NCBI GenBank assembly: GCA_022822745.1
Contig: JAJEAO010000005.1
Coordinates: 17,831 to 81,830 of the forward strand
Origin: Acidobacteriota bacterium
GTDB taxonomy: Bacteria > Acidobacteriota > Vicinamibacteria > Marinacidobacterales > Marinacidobacteraceae
Length of the DNA: 64,000 bases
Direction of reading: 5' to 3'
Shown piece after piece: positions 18,328-28,933 of the stretch. The notes under the pieces are model-generated. The model had not been told where the DNA came from and ran no database searches. It saw only the letters and a list, made by a program, of their open reading frames with translations. Position 1 is the first letter of the stretch. Every line of letters begins with the position of its first letter. The position numbers were made by a program, and so were the translations under genes.

Positions 18328-19629
18328 CTACGGGGCCTGCGGCTCGAAGCCGGCTTCGGCGAGGATCAGGAGCATCGCCTTCTGGATTCCGAGATGCCCG
18401 TCCCGGTTCGCCCACCACTCGTGGAGCGAGTGGGCGCCGAACCCCTCGCCGCCGCTCCCGATCGTGGTGGCGGGAATGCCGAGCGAGATCGCCACGTTGG
18501 AGTCGGTGGAGCCCATGCTCAGCTCGGGCTGGGCGCCGACCGCCCGGGTCGCGGCGAATGCCCGCTGGATGAGCGGAGTGTCCACCGGGACGATGCCCGA
18601 CGGGCGGTTTCCGATCATCTCGATATCCACGGTCAGCTCCTGGCCGTCGCGACGGAGCTCGTTCTGCTCGGCGAGGGCGTCGCGCATCGCCGTCTGGAAG
18701 ATGGCGTCTATCTCGTCGAGGCGGCCCGGCTCCATGGAGCGCATGTCCACCTCCATCCAGTTCTCGGCAGGGATCGAGTTGATCGAGGTGCCGCCTCCGA
18801 TGCGGCCGATGTTGTAGGTCGTCTTCGCCCCGGAGGTCACGTACTCGCCGGCGCGGTCATCGAAGAGCTTGATCGCCCGGGCCATCGCGTGGGCCGGGTT
18901 GCCGAGCCCGAACGCGCCCCAGGAATGTCCGCCGGGCCCGCGGAAGCTCACCCGGTAGCGGTGCGAGCCGATCGCGTGGTTCAGGACCCGGGTGTTGCTC
19001 GTGCCGTCTATGGCGATGAAGGCGTGGATCTCGGGCGCCCCTTCCCGGAACAGGTGCTTCACGCCGCGGAGATCGCCGAGCCCTTCTTCGCCGACCGACC
19101 CGACGAACAGCACATCGTCGCTGGTCTCGAGACCGTGGCGGTCCATCAGCTCCATGATCGTGAGCATCGTGACCAGGCCGCGCGTGTCGTCGGCGATCCC
19201 CGGAGCCATGAGCTTGTCGCCCTCGCGGCGGACGGTCACATCGGTCCCCTTCGGGAACACCGTGTCGAGGTGAGCCACCACTGCCACGGTGCGGGCGCCA
19301 CCGGAACCGGCGCGCCGCGCGATCACGTTGCCGACGCCGTCGAGATCGGCTTCGAGCCCCAGACCGCGGATCATGCCGCGGTAGTGCGCGGCCCGTTCCT
19401 CCTCCATGAACGGCGGCGCCTCGATCTCGGTGAGCTCGATCAGCCGCCGCTCGTTCTCCGGGTCCATGGCGAGGACATCGTCGAGCGCGGCGCCCACCCT
19501 CGGGTCGGCGCGGATCGCATCCAGCTCCGCCTGGTACTGCGGCAGGATCTCGATGCCCTGCGCCGAGGCGTCCATCGGGATCACGGCGCAGGCGAAGAGG
19601 AGAATCGGGAGGACGCGGCGCTTGGGCAT
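18328..19629 (-). CDS. M20-family metallopeptidase (ArgE/DapE/peptidase T-like), secreted
   Basis: Signal peptide LLFACAVIPMDASAQG. HLDTV, GIADDTRG and VGSVGEEGLGDLRG metal-binding blocks. Confidence 0.85.
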   Translation of the reverse strand: MPKRRVLPILLFACAVIPMDASAQGIEILPQYQAELDAIRADPRVGAALDDVLAMDPENERRLIELTEIEAPPFMEEERAAHYRGMIRGLGLEADLDGVGNVIARRAGSGGARTVAVVAHLDTVFPKGTDVTVRREGDKLMAPGIADDTRGLVTMLTIMELMDRHGLETSDDVLFVGSVGEEGLGDLRGVKHLFREGAPEIHAFIAIDGTSNTRVLNHAIGSHRYRVSFRGPGGHSWGAFGLGNPAHAMARAIKLFDDRAGEYVTSGAKTTYNIGRIGGGTSINSIPAENWMEVDMRSMEPGRLDEIDAIFQTAMRDALAEQNELRRDGQELTVDIEMIGNRPSGIVPVDTPLIQRAFAATRAVGAQPELSMGSTDSNVAISLGIPATTIGSGGEGFGAHSLHEWWANRDGHLGIQKAMLLILAEAGFEPQAP

Positions 19630-19775
19630 GGGCGCCGAATGCTATCCGAGGGTCCGTTCGCTTCCGCGCTTCGAACGGTCCTCTCCGCGGGGCCCCGGCG
19701 AGGGCGTGGGGCCGTCACGCGCGGCCCGAAGGCCTCCGAGGCTGACGCGCGGTTCACCGGCCGCAGAATAGGGAC

Positions 19776-22700
19776 ATGAATGGATCGTCCCGCCCCCGGA
19801 TCCCGAAGCCCGTCCGGCCGCGCCGGAAGTCGGAGGGTCTGTCGCTGCCCGCGCTCCTCGCCGCCACCGGACTGATCGCCGGCTCCGCCTTCGCCGGCGC
19901 CCGGGAACCGCTCGCGCTGCTGCCGCCCCTGGAGTGGCGCTCGATCGGGCCGGATCGCGGGGGCCGTTCGATCGCGGTCGCCGGCCATGCCGACCGGCCC
20001 TTCGAGTACTACTTCGGGGCGACCGGCGGCGGGTTGTTCAAGACCACGGACGGGGGGATCACCTGGGCGCCGGTCACCGACGGACAGATCGGGAGCGCCT
20101 CGGTGGGGGCCGTCGCCATGGCGCCCTCCGACCCCGACATCGTGTACATCGGCATGGGCGAGGTCCAGCTTCGGGCGAACGTCCTCCAGGGAGACGGCGT
20201 GTACCGCTCGGACGATGGCGGCGGAACCTGGCGGCATCTCGGTCTCGCCGAGACCCAGGCGATCGGGCGCATCCGCATCCATCCGACGGACCCGGACCGG
20301 GTGTGGGTGGCGGCGCTCGGCCACCCGTTCGGATCGAATCCGGAGCGGGGCGTCTTCCGGACCGGAGACGGCGGAGCCACCTGGGAGCGGGTGCTCTTCC
20401 GCGACGAGCGCACCGGCGCCGCGGATCTGATCCTGAGTCCGACCGATCCGGAGATCCTCTACGCGACGCTGTGGGAGGTTCATCGGCGGCCGTGGCATCT
20501 CTCGAGCGGAGGCGTGGGATCCGGGATCTTCAAGTCGAACGACGGCGGCGACACCTGGCGGGAGATCACGCGCAACCCGGGCCTTCCCGGGGGCCTGCTC
20601 GGCAAGATCACGGTGGCTGTCTCGGGCGCCGATCCGGACCGGGTCTGGGCCAATCTTGAGGCCGAGCGGGGCGGGCTCTACCGATCCGACGACGGGGGCG
20701 CGTCGTGGGAGTTCGTGAACGGCCACCGGGACATCTGGCAGCGCGCCTTCTACTTCCAGCGCCTCGTGGCCGATCCGGTGGAGCGCGACACCCTCTACAT
20801 CCTGAACTTCCGCCTGATGCGCTCCACGGACGGCGGCAGGACGCTCGAAAGCGTGCCCGAGACCCACGCCGACCACCACGACCTCTGGATCGATCCGACG
20901 AACCCGCGACGCATGATCAACGGCAACGACGGGGGAGGGGTGGTCACGGTGAACGGGGGCCGCACCTGGACCTCGATGCGCTATCCGACGGCGCAGATCT
21001 ACCGGCTTTCCACGACCCCTGACTTCCCGTACCACGTCTGCGGGGCACAGCAGGACAACACGACCGTGTGCGTCTCTTCCGAGGCCTCCCCGATGCGGAA
21101 TCCCCGCAGCCCGCCCACGGAATGGATGTACGCGGTGGGCGGCGGCGAGAGCGGTTACGTCACCCCGCACCCGTCGCAGCCGGGGATCTTCTACGCGGGC
21201 GCGACGAACACGCTCACGCGCTACGACCGGGCGACCGGCCGGATCGCCGACATCCAGCCGTGGCCGCGCATCGTCATGGGCGAGCCCGCCCGCGGGATGC
21301 CCGAGCGGTGGAACTGGACCTACCCGATCGCGGTCGCGCCGGACCCGCCGCACGCGCTCTACGTCGGGTCCCAGCACCTGTGGCGGTCCGCCGACGAGGG
21401 CGCCTCGTGGGTCCGGATCAGCCCGGATCTGACCCGCGCCGAACCCGAGACGCTCGACGACTCCGGCGGACCCATCGTGAAGGACCAGGACGGGCCGGAG
21501 ATCTACGGCACGCTCTACTCGATCGGGCTCTCTCCCCACGACCCGCAGACGATCTGGACCGGATCGGATGACGGCCTCGTCCACCTCTCCCGCGACGGCG
21601 GCGGGGTCTGGCGGGATGTCACGCCTCCCGACCTGCCGCCCCACACCCGCGTCATGAGCGTGGAGGCGTCCCCGCACGATCCGGCCGGGGCGCTGGTGGC
21701 CGGGATCCGCTACGAGATGGACGACCGCTCGCCGTACGCATGGAAGACCGAGGACTACGGCGCGACCTGGACGCGGATCGGGGACGCCATCCCGGATGGC
21801 GCCTTCGTGCGCGTCCTCCGGGAGGACCCGGCCCGCGCCGGGCTCCTCTACGCCGGAACCGAGCGCGGCGTGTTCGTCTCCTTCGACGCGGGTTCGCACT
21901 GGAGCGACCTCTCCCTCCGGCTGCCCGACACGCCGGTCACCGGGATCGTCGTGGAGGAGCGCGACCTGGTCATCAGCACCCACGGGCGCTCGTTCTGGGT
22001 GCTCGACGACATCGAGACGCTGCGCCAGCTCGACGAGGGAGTCGCCGCCGCCGAGGCGCACCTCTTCCGGCCCGCCGCCGCCGTCCGGCGATCGGTTCCC
22101 GCGGTGCTGGATTTCCACCTGGGCGGCTCCGGGGGTCCGGCGCGGCTCGAGATCCTCACCGAGGACGGCGAGCCGGTGCGAACGCTGGTGGACGAACGGC
22201 TCGAGGGGGGCGTCCATCGGGCCCGCTGGAATCTCCGCTATCCGGGCGCCGTGACCTTCGACGGGATCGTGCTGGAGGGCGGCAATCCGGCGGTGGGGCC
22301 GTGGGCGCCGCCGGGGCGCTACCGGGCGCGGCTTACCGCGGCCGGGGTCACCCGGGAGCAGGTCTTCGAGGTTCGACGCGACCCCGCTCTCGCGGATCTG
22401 CCGGAGGCCGCGTTCACCGATCAGTTCCGACTCGCGATTGCGATCCGGGACGCCGAAAGCCGGGCGAACGAGGCCGTCGTTCTGGCGCGGGACCTGAGCT
22501 GGCAGATCGAGCGGGTTCTCGCCCGGACCGGGCGGGAGGAGCTCGGGGCGGAGGCGTCCCGCTTCGCCGCCGAGGTCGAGGCGGTCGCGGGGGAGCTCTA
22601 CCAGCTCCGGAACCAGAGCCCCAAGGACAAGATCGCGTTCCCGATCCAGCTCAACGACCGGCTCACCGGCCTCCGCAGCCACCTGGAGCGGGGCGACGGA

Positions 22701-22877
22701 ACCCCGCTCGCTGCCTACCGCGCGGTCTTCGAGGAGCTCTCGGTCGAGCTGGACGCCCACCTCGGCCGCATGGGTCGCCTGCTCGGGGAGGATCTGCCGC
22801 GTCTGAACCGTCGGCTTGCCGCGGCGGGGCTCCCTTCCGTCCGGATCGAGCGCCTGTCTCCGGACCCCGGTGGGTAA
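19776..22877 (+). CDS. secreted BNR/Asp-box repeat protein (sortilin/VPS10-like, GH74-like fold)
   Basis: 1033 aa; signal peptide. Many S/T-x-D-G-G-x-T-W Asp-boxes (TTDGGITW, SDDGGGTW, TGDGGATW, SNDGGDTW, SDDGGASW, STDGGRTW). Confidence 0.8.
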   Translation: MNGSSRPRIPKPVRPRRKSEGLSLPALLAATGLIAGSAFAGAREPLALLPPLEWRSIGPDRGGRSIAVAGHADRPFEYYFGATGGGLFKTTDGGITWAPVTDGQIGSASVGAVAMAPSDPDIVYIGMGEVQLRANVLQGDGVYRSDDGGGTWRHLGLAETQAIGRIRIHPTDPDRVWVAALGHPFGSNPERGVFRTGDGGATWERVLFRDERTGAADLILSPTDPEILYATLWEVHRRPWHLSSGGVGSGIFKSNDGGDTWREITRNPGLPGGLLGKITVAVSGADPDRVWANLEAERGGLYRSDDGGASWEFVNGHRDIWQRAFYFQRLVADPVERDTLYILNFRLMRSTDGGRTLESVPETHADHHDLWIDPTNPRRMINGNDGGGVVTVNGGRTWTSMRYPTAQIYRLSTTPDFPYHVCGAQQDNTTVCVSSEASPMRNPRSPPTEWMYAVGGGESGYVTPHPSQPGIFYAGATNTLTRYDRATGRIADIQPWPRIVMGEPARGMPERWNWTYPIAVAPDPPHALYVGSQHLWRSADEGASWVRISPDLTRAEPETLDDSGGPIVKDQDGPEIYGTLYSIGLSPHDPQTIWTGSDDGLVHLSRDGGGVWRDVTPPDLPPHTRVMSVEASPHDPAGALVAGIRYEMDDRSPYAWKTEDYGATWTRIGDAIPDGAFVRVLREDPARAGLLYAGTERGVFVSFDAGSHWSDLSLRLPDTPVTGIVVEERDLVISTHGRSFWVLDDIETLRQLDEGVAAAEAHLFRPAAAVRRSVPAVLDFHLGGSGGPARLEILTEDGEPVRTLVDERLEGGVHRARWNLRYPGAVTFDGIVLEGGNPAVGPWAPPGRYRARLTAAGVTREQVFEVRRDPALADLPEAAFTDQFRLAIAIRDAESRANEAVVLARDLSWQIERVLARTGREELGAEASRFAAEVEAVAGELYQLRNQSPKDKIAFPIQLNDRLTGLRSHLERGDGTPLAAYRAVFEELSVELDAHLGRMGRLLGEDLPRLNRRLAAAGLPSVRIERLSPDPGG

Positions 22878-22887
22878 TCTCGCCGCC

Positions 22888-25023
22888 ATGCGCCTTCCGG
22901 GTTCCGTTCCTCTTCTCCTCCCGCTCTTTCTCGCGCTCGCTCCGCCGACCGTCCTGGCGGGGCAGGGGAGGGCGCCCGGCCCGGAGCGGGTCATGGTGCT
23001 CGGGTTCGACGGCGCCGACCCGGACACGATCGCGGCCATGATCGCCGACGGAGAGCTGCCTCACCTCGCCGCCCTCGGCGCGCAGGGGACGCTGGCGCCG
23101 CTCGAGACGACGAGGCCCTCGGAGTCCCCGGTGGCCTGGGCCACCTTCGCCACCGGCATGAACCCGGGGCGCACCCGGATCTTCGACTTCCTCGAGCGGG
23201 GAGAGGGGGGGTACGCGCCGCGGATCGCGCTCGTGCGGCAGGGGACGCTGCGTCTTCCGGGAATGCTCACGCGCGTCGCGCTGCTCGGGCTCCTTGCAGC
23301 GCTCGCCGCGGTGGTCGGGGGTCGGCTCGCGGGGAACCGCTTCGGTGCGGCTCGGGTGCGGGCCGTCGCCGGCCTCCTCGTCCTCGGGATCCTCGGTCCG
23401 GTCGCGATCTTCCTGCCCGACGCGGCGCCGCAGGCGGTCCGGGCCCGGCAGGGGCCGGCGTTCTGGGCGGTCGCCGGCGCTGCCGGCGTGCCTGCCGTCG
23501 CGCTCATGGCGCCCATGGAGTTTCCGGTGACCGAATCGCCCGGCGCCCGGATCCTCGCGGGGTTCGGGACTCCCGACGTCCGCAAGTCGTTCGGCCTCTG
23601 GTCCGTGTACACGACCGACCTGCTCGATGAGGAGTCCACCGAGACCGGAGGGACGCGTTTTCCGATCCGGTTCGAGGATGGAGTCGCCCGCAGCATCGTC
23701 CGCGGCCCGCGGGATTTCACGGAGTCCCCCGACGAGCGGGAGCAGTCCGAGGTCGAGATCCCCGTCGTCTTTCGCCGGAGCGGGGAAACGCTCTCGATCG
23801 AGGTGAGCGGGACCACGGTCGGGCTGGCGGTCGGGGAGTGGTCCGACTTCGTTCCGGTCTCCTTCGCCCTGAACCCGATGGTCCGGGTGTACGGGCTGAC
23901 CCGCTTCCGGTTGCTCGCGCTGGAACCGAACACGACGGTTTACATGGAGCCGATCAACTTCGACCCCGAGCGACTGCCGCCGATCGTGGATCTGTCGTGG
24001 CCTCCGGGGTTCGCCGGAGACCTCGCGGAGCGCTCCGGACGCTACGAGACGATCGGCTGGAAGATCGTGACGAATCCACTTCGCGACGGAGATCTCGACT
24101 TCGAGGCCTTCCTCGAGGACACCCGTTTCGCCCGGGAGACGAACGAGCGGCTGCTCCTGGATGCGATCCGGGAGGAGGACTGGAAGCTGCTGGTCTCGGT
24201 GTTCCTGTTCCCCGACCGGGTCCAGCACATGATGTTCCGGTTCGCCGACGAGGAGCATCCGAACCACGACCACGAGCTCGCCGAGCTCTACGGCGGCGAG
24301 ATCGCAGAGGCCTACCGGGACATGGACCGCATCGTGGGCGAAGCCGTCGCCGCGGCGCCGCCGGGAACCCGCTTCCTCGTCGTCTCGGACCACGGCTTCC
24401 ACTCGTTTCGCAAGCAGTTCAACGTGAACACCTGGCTGGCGCAGAACGGCTATCTCCGGCCGCCCGCCGAGTCGGAGGAGAGGAGACTCGAGGACCTGTT
24501 CGACCCGGATGCGCTGTTCTTCCCCGGAGTCGAATGGAGCCGGAGCGAGGCGTTCGCGCTGGGGTTGTCGGGGATCTACTTCAACCAGCGGGGGCGCGAG
24601 CCGCAGGGCGTCGTCGAGCCGGGGGCGGGCCGGGATGATCTTGCCGAGCGGCTGATCCGGGACCTCCTCGCCTTCCGTGATCCCGAGACCGGAGAGCCGG
24701 TGGTGCGCGTCGTCCACCGGCGGGAGGACATCTACGAAGGAGAGTTCGTCGAGGAGGCGCCCGATCTGATCCTCGGGCTGGAGCCGGGTTACCGCATCGG
24801 CTGGCAGAGCACGCTTGGGGGTTTCCCGGAGGCGGCGATCACGCCGAACCTGGACGACTGGAGCGGCGACCACTGTTCCATGGAGGACACCGCGGGCGTG
24901 CTGGTGTCGGACCTGCCTCTCGCCGCCCCCGCCGCGCTCCGGGACATCGCCCCCACGGTGCTGGATCTGCTCGGCGTCCCGCCGCCGCCGGACACCGACG
25001 GCCGGTCCCTGTTCGGTCCATGA
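22888..25023 (+). CDS. alkaline-phosphatase-superfamily type I phosphodiesterase / nucleotide pyrophosphatase-like protein
   Basis: ATG at 22888 (the track ORF opens at 22816). LGFDGADPD and SESPVAWATFATGMNPG metal-site blocks; N-terminal signal peptide. Confidence 0.7.
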   Translation: MRLPGSVPLLLPLFLALAPPTVLAGQGRAPGPERVMVLGFDGADPDTIAAMIADGELPHLAALGAQGTLAPLETTRPSESPVAWATFATGMNPGRTRIFDFLERGEGGYAPRIALVRQGTLRLPGMLTRVALLGLLAALAAVVGGRLAGNRFGAARVRAVAGLLVLGILGPVAIFLPDAAPQAVRARQGPAFWAVAGAAGVPAVALMAPMEFPVTESPGARILAGFGTPDVRKSFGLWSVYTTDLLDEESTETGGTRFPIRFEDGVARSIVRGPRDFTESPDEREQSEVEIPVVFRRSGETLSIEVSGTTVGLAVGEWSDFVPVSFALNPMVRVYGLTRFRLLALEPNTTVYMEPINFDPERLPPIVDLSWPPGFAGDLAERSGRYETIGWKIVTNPLRDGDLDFEAFLEDTRFARETNERLLLDAIREEDWKLLVSVFLFPDRVQHMMFRFADEEHPNHDHELAELYGGEIAEAYRDMDRIVGEAVAAAPPGTRFLVVSDHGFHSFRKQFNVNTWLAQNGYLRPPAESEERRLEDLFDPDALFFPGVEWSRSEAFALGLSGIYFNQRGREPQGVVEPGAGRDDLAERLIRDLLAFRDPETGEPVVRVVHRREDIYEGEFVEEAPDLILGLEPGYRIGWQSTLGGFPEAAITPNLDDWSGDHCSMEDTAGVLVSDLPLAAPAALRDIAPTVLDLLGVPPPPDTDGRSLFGP

Positions 25024-25070
25024 AGCCGGCGCCTTCGGGGCGCTACACTGACAGGGAGGAACCACAACTC

Positions 25071-25379
25071 ATGGAAGTTGCGAAGCAGGCGACCGGCGCG
25101 GCGGCCGCTGACCCACTCGCCCGGGAGAGGGCCTTCCTCCAGGCGAACGTGGAGGATCTTGCGGCCCGATATCCGGGCCGCTATCTCCTGATCCAGGGTG
25201 AGCGAGTGTACGGAGCGTTCGAGACATTCAACGCCGGAGTGGACGCGGGACTCGATCGTTTTCCCACGAGCGATTTTCTCGTGCGCTCTGTGCTGGAGCC
25301 CGACGATCCGCCACCCTTGAACATCCCGGCTCTGTCGCTCGGGTTTCCTCTCGTTGCCGATCCTCAACAGTCGCGTTGA
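25071..25379 (+). CDS. small hypothetical protein
   Basis: ATG with AGGGAGGA 12 nt upstream; 102 aa. 3-prime end overlaps the next gene by ~26 nt. Confidence 0.45.
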   Translation: MEVAKQATGAAAADPLARERAFLQANVEDLAARYPGRYLLIQGERVYGAFETFNAGVDAGLDRFPTSDFLVRSVLEPDDPPPLNIPALSLGFPLVADPQQSR

Positions 25380-25812
25380 GGCAGAAGGCGGCGGGCGCGC
25401 CGCCGCCCTGACTCACGTCGGTCCCCGTTGCCAGATTGCGCTGCGGCCCGCGGAAGCGCAGGTTCGATCCCTGACGAAGCGCGGCCTGCCCGTACCGGCT
25501 CCGGTGACCGGATGGGCCATGATCGACACGGGGGCCGCCTTCACCTGCGTTGACGTGGAGGCGGCGGAGTGGGCGGGTCTTCGCACGGTCGATACCGGCC
25601 GGATCACGTCGGCAACGCATGAGGGTGAGCCGACCCCCATCTATGCCTGTCGTCTCGAATTCGTCGGCTGGGACATCAGCCTGACGAAACACCGCGCCTA
25701 CGGGGCGAGACTGGCTCCCCAGGATCTGGTCGCTCTGATCGGGCGAGATGTGCTCTCCCAGTGCGTCCTGATTTATAACGGCGCGGACGGCGCGTTCTCC
25801 CTGGCGCTCTGA
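25354..25812 (+). CDS. retropepsin-like (clan AA) aspartic protease
   Basis: AMIDTGAAFTCVD (D-T-G-A catalytic loop) and C-terminal LIGRDVL...LIYNG..GAFSL region typical of retropepsin dimers. Confidence 0.65.
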   Translation: MPILNSRVEAEGGGRAAALTHVGPRCQIALRPAEAQVRSLTKRGLPVPAPVTGWAMIDTGAAFTCVDVEAAEWAGLRTVDTGRITSATHEGEPTPIYACRLEFVGWDISLTKHRAYGARLAPQDLVALIGRDVLSQCVLIYNGADGAFSLAL

Positions 25813-25938
25813 TCGGATCCGAGCCTCCGCTGGCCGGCCGACCAGCGCCCCTGCCGTCGCGGGTCGGCGTCCGCCGCCGACGAAGACTGTGGCGCCGACG
25901 AGGGTTGCGGTCTCGACGGTGATCCGGTCTCGACCGGA

Positions 25939-27117
25939 TCAGGGGCGCGGCGTCCCGCCGGCGGCGATTCGTCGCACGTACGAGATGAAGCTCGGGATCC
26001 CGGGCTCCCAGCCGGCCGCGCTTCGCCACAGGACGCCGAGGTCGGAGAGGGTCTCCAGGAGCCGCGACGGGTCGCCGGGGGGTGTGGTTTCGGCAGCGAG
26101 TTCGCGCATGAGCGGTCCGACTTCCAGCGCCGACAGAGGGCGGCCGCCGCGACGGTGGAATCGCGCGGCCAGTGACGGCAGAACGGACTCGACCGCTCGG
26201 GAGCGAGCCTCGTCGAGCCGCTCCTCGTAGAGCTCCCCGATTTCCGGCGCGACGGCCGCGATGCCCGCTTCCGCGTGTTCGGGCGCGATCCGTCCCGTTC
26301 CCGATCGGGCGGCGGTGTCCCACGCGGCGCGGCCCAGGAGCTGAACGAAGAACGGGTAGTCCCGGGATTCGGCCGCCAGTCGCCCGGCGGCGCGGTCTTC
26401 GAGGGGGCGCCCGCTGTTCCGGGCCGGTTCGACGAGAGCGCGAAGGGTCTCCGGCCTGGCGAGACGACCGATGCCCACGCGCTGGAGCATCCGCTCGGTG
26501 AACGCGCCGCAGGCGCGGATTCGGCGGGGCGCATCGGGAGTGCCGGCGGCAATCAGGAGGAACGGCAGCTCGCGGGCCGTCGCGCGCTGGACGGCGCGGA
26601 AGAAGGCGCCGCCCGCCTCCGGATGGATGACGTGCGCCTCGTCCAGCAGGAGAACCAGAGGAGAGCTATCGAGTTCGATCCAGCGCAGCAGCATCTCGGG
26701 GATGTCCGGGGTCGGCTCGGAAAGCGCCGTGGAGATGCCGAAGCCTGCGACCTGTGCTCCTGTGATGCGCTCCTCCGCCAACCCGGCGCGTTCGCGCAGG
26801 CATCGAACGAGTTCTCCCTTCGACTCGATGCATTCCGCGGGAAGTTCCTCGGCTCTCATGCCCCGCCGACGGGCCTGATGGGCGATGTGGACCAGCAGAG
26901 TCGTCTTTCCGTTCCCCCGGGGACCGAACAGGAGGAGGCCGCGGGGCGGGCGGCGTCCGGTGGCGAGGAGATCGAGGGCCTCCCGGGCCAGCGCCAGTTC
27001 CCGGTCGCGACCGGCGAGGACCGGCGGGAGCGCTCCGGCGCCGGGCTGGAACGGATTCGCCGAGGGCGCCAGGGAGTCTGGTCGCGGGATCCCGCGACCG
27101 CGGGGGGGACCGGGCAG
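25939..27117 (-). CDS. AAA+ ATPase (archaeal-ATPase / DUF234-like)
   Basis: Walker A LLLFGPRGNGKTTLL, Walker B LVLLLDEAH. There is no ATG/GTG/TTG in frame between the upstream permease stop (27120) and Walker A. Start is uncertain; the only candidate is CTG at 27117. Confidence 0.6.
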   Translation of the reverse strand: MPGPPRGRGIPRPDSLAPSANPFQPGAGALPPVLAGRDRELALAREALDLLATGRRPPRGLLLFGPRGNGKTTLLVHIAHQARRRGMRAEELPAECIESKGELVRCLRERAGLAEERITGAQVAGFGISTALSEPTPDIPEMLLRWIELDSSPLVLLLDEAHVIHPEAGGAFFRAVQRATARELPFLLIAAGTPDAPRRIRACGAFTERMLQRVGIGRLARPETLRALVEPARNSGRPLEDRAAGRLAAESRDYPFFVQLLGRAAWDTAARSGTGRIAPEHAEAGIAAVAPEIGELYEERLDEARSRAVESVLPSLAARFHRRGGRPLSALEVGPLMRELAAETTPPGDPSRLLETLSDLGVLWRSAAGWEPGIPSFISYVRRIAAGGTPRP

Positions 27118-27119
27118 AG

Positions 27120-28895
27120 TTACCGGTTCGGCCGCTGGTGGCGGGCGATCCAGATCGCGGCGCCGACGAAGATGGCGACGACGACGACGGTCCCGGCGTT
27201 GATCAGGCCGCGGGTCGCGGACCAGAGGATCGAGTAGCCGAGCGCGCCGGGCAGCAGCGCGTAGTAAACGAACGGAACCAGCGTGCGGCGGATCACCGCG
27301 CCTTCCCGCCCGATCAGCCCGACGACGGCGGAGGCGGCGACCACGTTGTGGACGCAGATCATGTTGCCCGCCGCGCCCCCGACCGCCTGGAGCGCGACCA
27401 CCCAGCCCGGGTCCACGCCGAGCCGCTCGCCGACCCCGAACTGGAACAGCGAGAACATCATGTTGCTCACCGTGTTGCTGCCCGCGACGAAGGCGCCGAG
27501 GCCTCCGATGAACGTGGAGAAGAAGGGCCACGCCGACCCGGCGATCTGCGCCGCGCCCTCGGCCAGCGCGATGGGCATGGAGGCGAAGCCCGCCGTTCCG
27601 TTCCCGGTGTTCAGGAAGACCTGGACCATGGGCACGGTGAAGACGAGCGCCACCGAGGCGAGCCCGGTGCTGGAGAGCGAGTGCGAGAGGGCGCTTCCGA
27701 ACTGCGCGCCGCGCATCCGATGGAAGACGACGGCGAACAGCGAGGCGACGACGAAGGTCGTTCCCGGGAGGAAGAACGGGGCGGCGCTGGCGCTGATCCC
27801 GCTGCCGAGAATGTCGGGCCAGCCGACCACGATCCCGGAGAGCCAGCTTCGGAGCGGCAGGGCCGGGAGCCGCGTGATGACGAGGAGCAGCCCGACGACG
27901 GCGTAGGGCATCCAGGCCGCGACCGGCGAGATGGGACGGCTCGGAACACCATCGGCCATCGTGGTCTCCCGGTCGGCGGTCCAGTCAGCCTCCCACGCGT
28001 TGCGGGGCGGGAACTCGAAGTGGTCCTCCGGAGGCGGCATGAAAAGACCCCGCCGGGCCCCGGTCACCACGATGCCGAGACCGATCAGGCCGCCGAGCAG
28101 GGAGGGGAACTCCGGACCGAGTACGACCGCCAGGATCAGGTAGGGGACCGTCATCGCGAGGGCGGCGAACAGCGCGAACCGCCAGACCCGCAGACCTTCG
28201 GTGAAGCTGCGGCGCTCCCCGAAGAACCGGGTCATCGTGGCCACCACGATCAGCGGGACGAGTGTGCCGGCGACGGCATGCAGAATGCCGATGCGGATGC
28301 CGATGAAGTGGAGGAACGCGGTCCAGTCGCTGTAGCCGAGGCTCTCCGCGTAGGCCATCACCGCCTCCGAGCCGCTCAGACCGGTCGAGACGCCGATCAG
28401 GATCGGGGTCCCCGCGGCGCCGAAGGAGACGGAGGTGGACTGGATCAGCATCCCGGCCACGACCGCGGAGAGCGGAGGGAAGCCGAGGCCCACGAGCAGC
28501 GGCACGCAGACGGCGGCCGGGGTGCCGAACCCGGCGGAGCCCTCGATGAAGGCGCCGAAGAGCCACGCGATCAGGAGAACCTGGATCCGGCGGTCCGGGG
28601 TGATGCCGATGAAGCCCTGCCGGATCACCGCGAGAGCGCCGCTCTCCCGCAGGGTGTGGAGGAGCAGAAGCGCTCCGAAGATGATGTAGAGGAGCGTCGC
28701 CGCGACCCAGAGGCCGTTGATCGAGGCGGCGGCGATCCGGGTGCCGGTGACGCCCCAGACCCCCCACGCCAGCACGACGGCGGCGAGCCAGCTCAGCGGC
28801 ATGGCCCGCGAGGCGGGCCACCTCAGGCCCACGAGGAAGACGGCGACGACCAGGATCGGAGTCAGCGCTACGGCTGCGAGTCCCAGGGTGCCCAT
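27120..28895 (-). CDS. lctP: L-lactate permease (LctP family)
   Basis: 591 aa, multi-TM, LctP-like N-terminal blocks. Confidence 0.8.
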   Translation of the reverse strand: MGTLGLAAVALTPILVVAVFLVGLRWPASRAMPLSWLAAVVLAWGVWGVTGTRIAAASINGLWVAATLLYIIFGALLLLHTLRESGALAVIRQGFIGITPDRRIQVLLIAWLFGAFIEGSAGFGTPAAVCVPLLVGLGFPPLSAVVAGMLIQSTSVSFGAAGTPILIGVSTGLSGSEAVMAYAESLGYSDWTAFLHFIGIRIGILHAVAGTLVPLIVVATMTRFFGERRSFTEGLRVWRFALFAALAMTVPYLILAVVLGPEFPSLLGGLIGLGIVVTGARRGLFMPPPEDHFEFPPRNAWEADWTADRETTMADGVPSRPISPVAAWMPYAVVGLLLVITRLPALPLRSWLSGIVVGWPDILGSGISASAAPFFLPGTTFVVASLFAVVFHRMRGAQFGSALSHSLSSTGLASVALVFTVPMVQVFLNTGNGTAGFASMPIALAEGAAQIAGSAWPFFSTFIGGLGAFVAGSNTVSNMMFSLFQFGVGERLGVDPGWVVALQAVGGAAGNMICVHNVVAASAVVGLIGREGAVIRRTLVPFVYYALLPGALGYSILWSATRGLINAGTVVVVAIFVGAAIWIARHQRPNR

Positions 28896-28933
28896 GGCGG
28901 CTCTCCTTCCCCGCGCTGACTAGACTCCCGCGG

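Noticed and set aside
19581-23039. 1152-aa minus-strand ORF opposite the first BNR/sortilin gene
   Set aside because: Shadow ORF; the plus-strand product has clear Asp-box repeats and a signal peptide.
25939-27531. Full 530-aa minus-strand ORF as the AAA+ ATPase
   Set aside because: The first ~137 codons overlap the lactate permease on the same strand in another frame and are Arg-rich nonsense. The real protein must begin after 27120.
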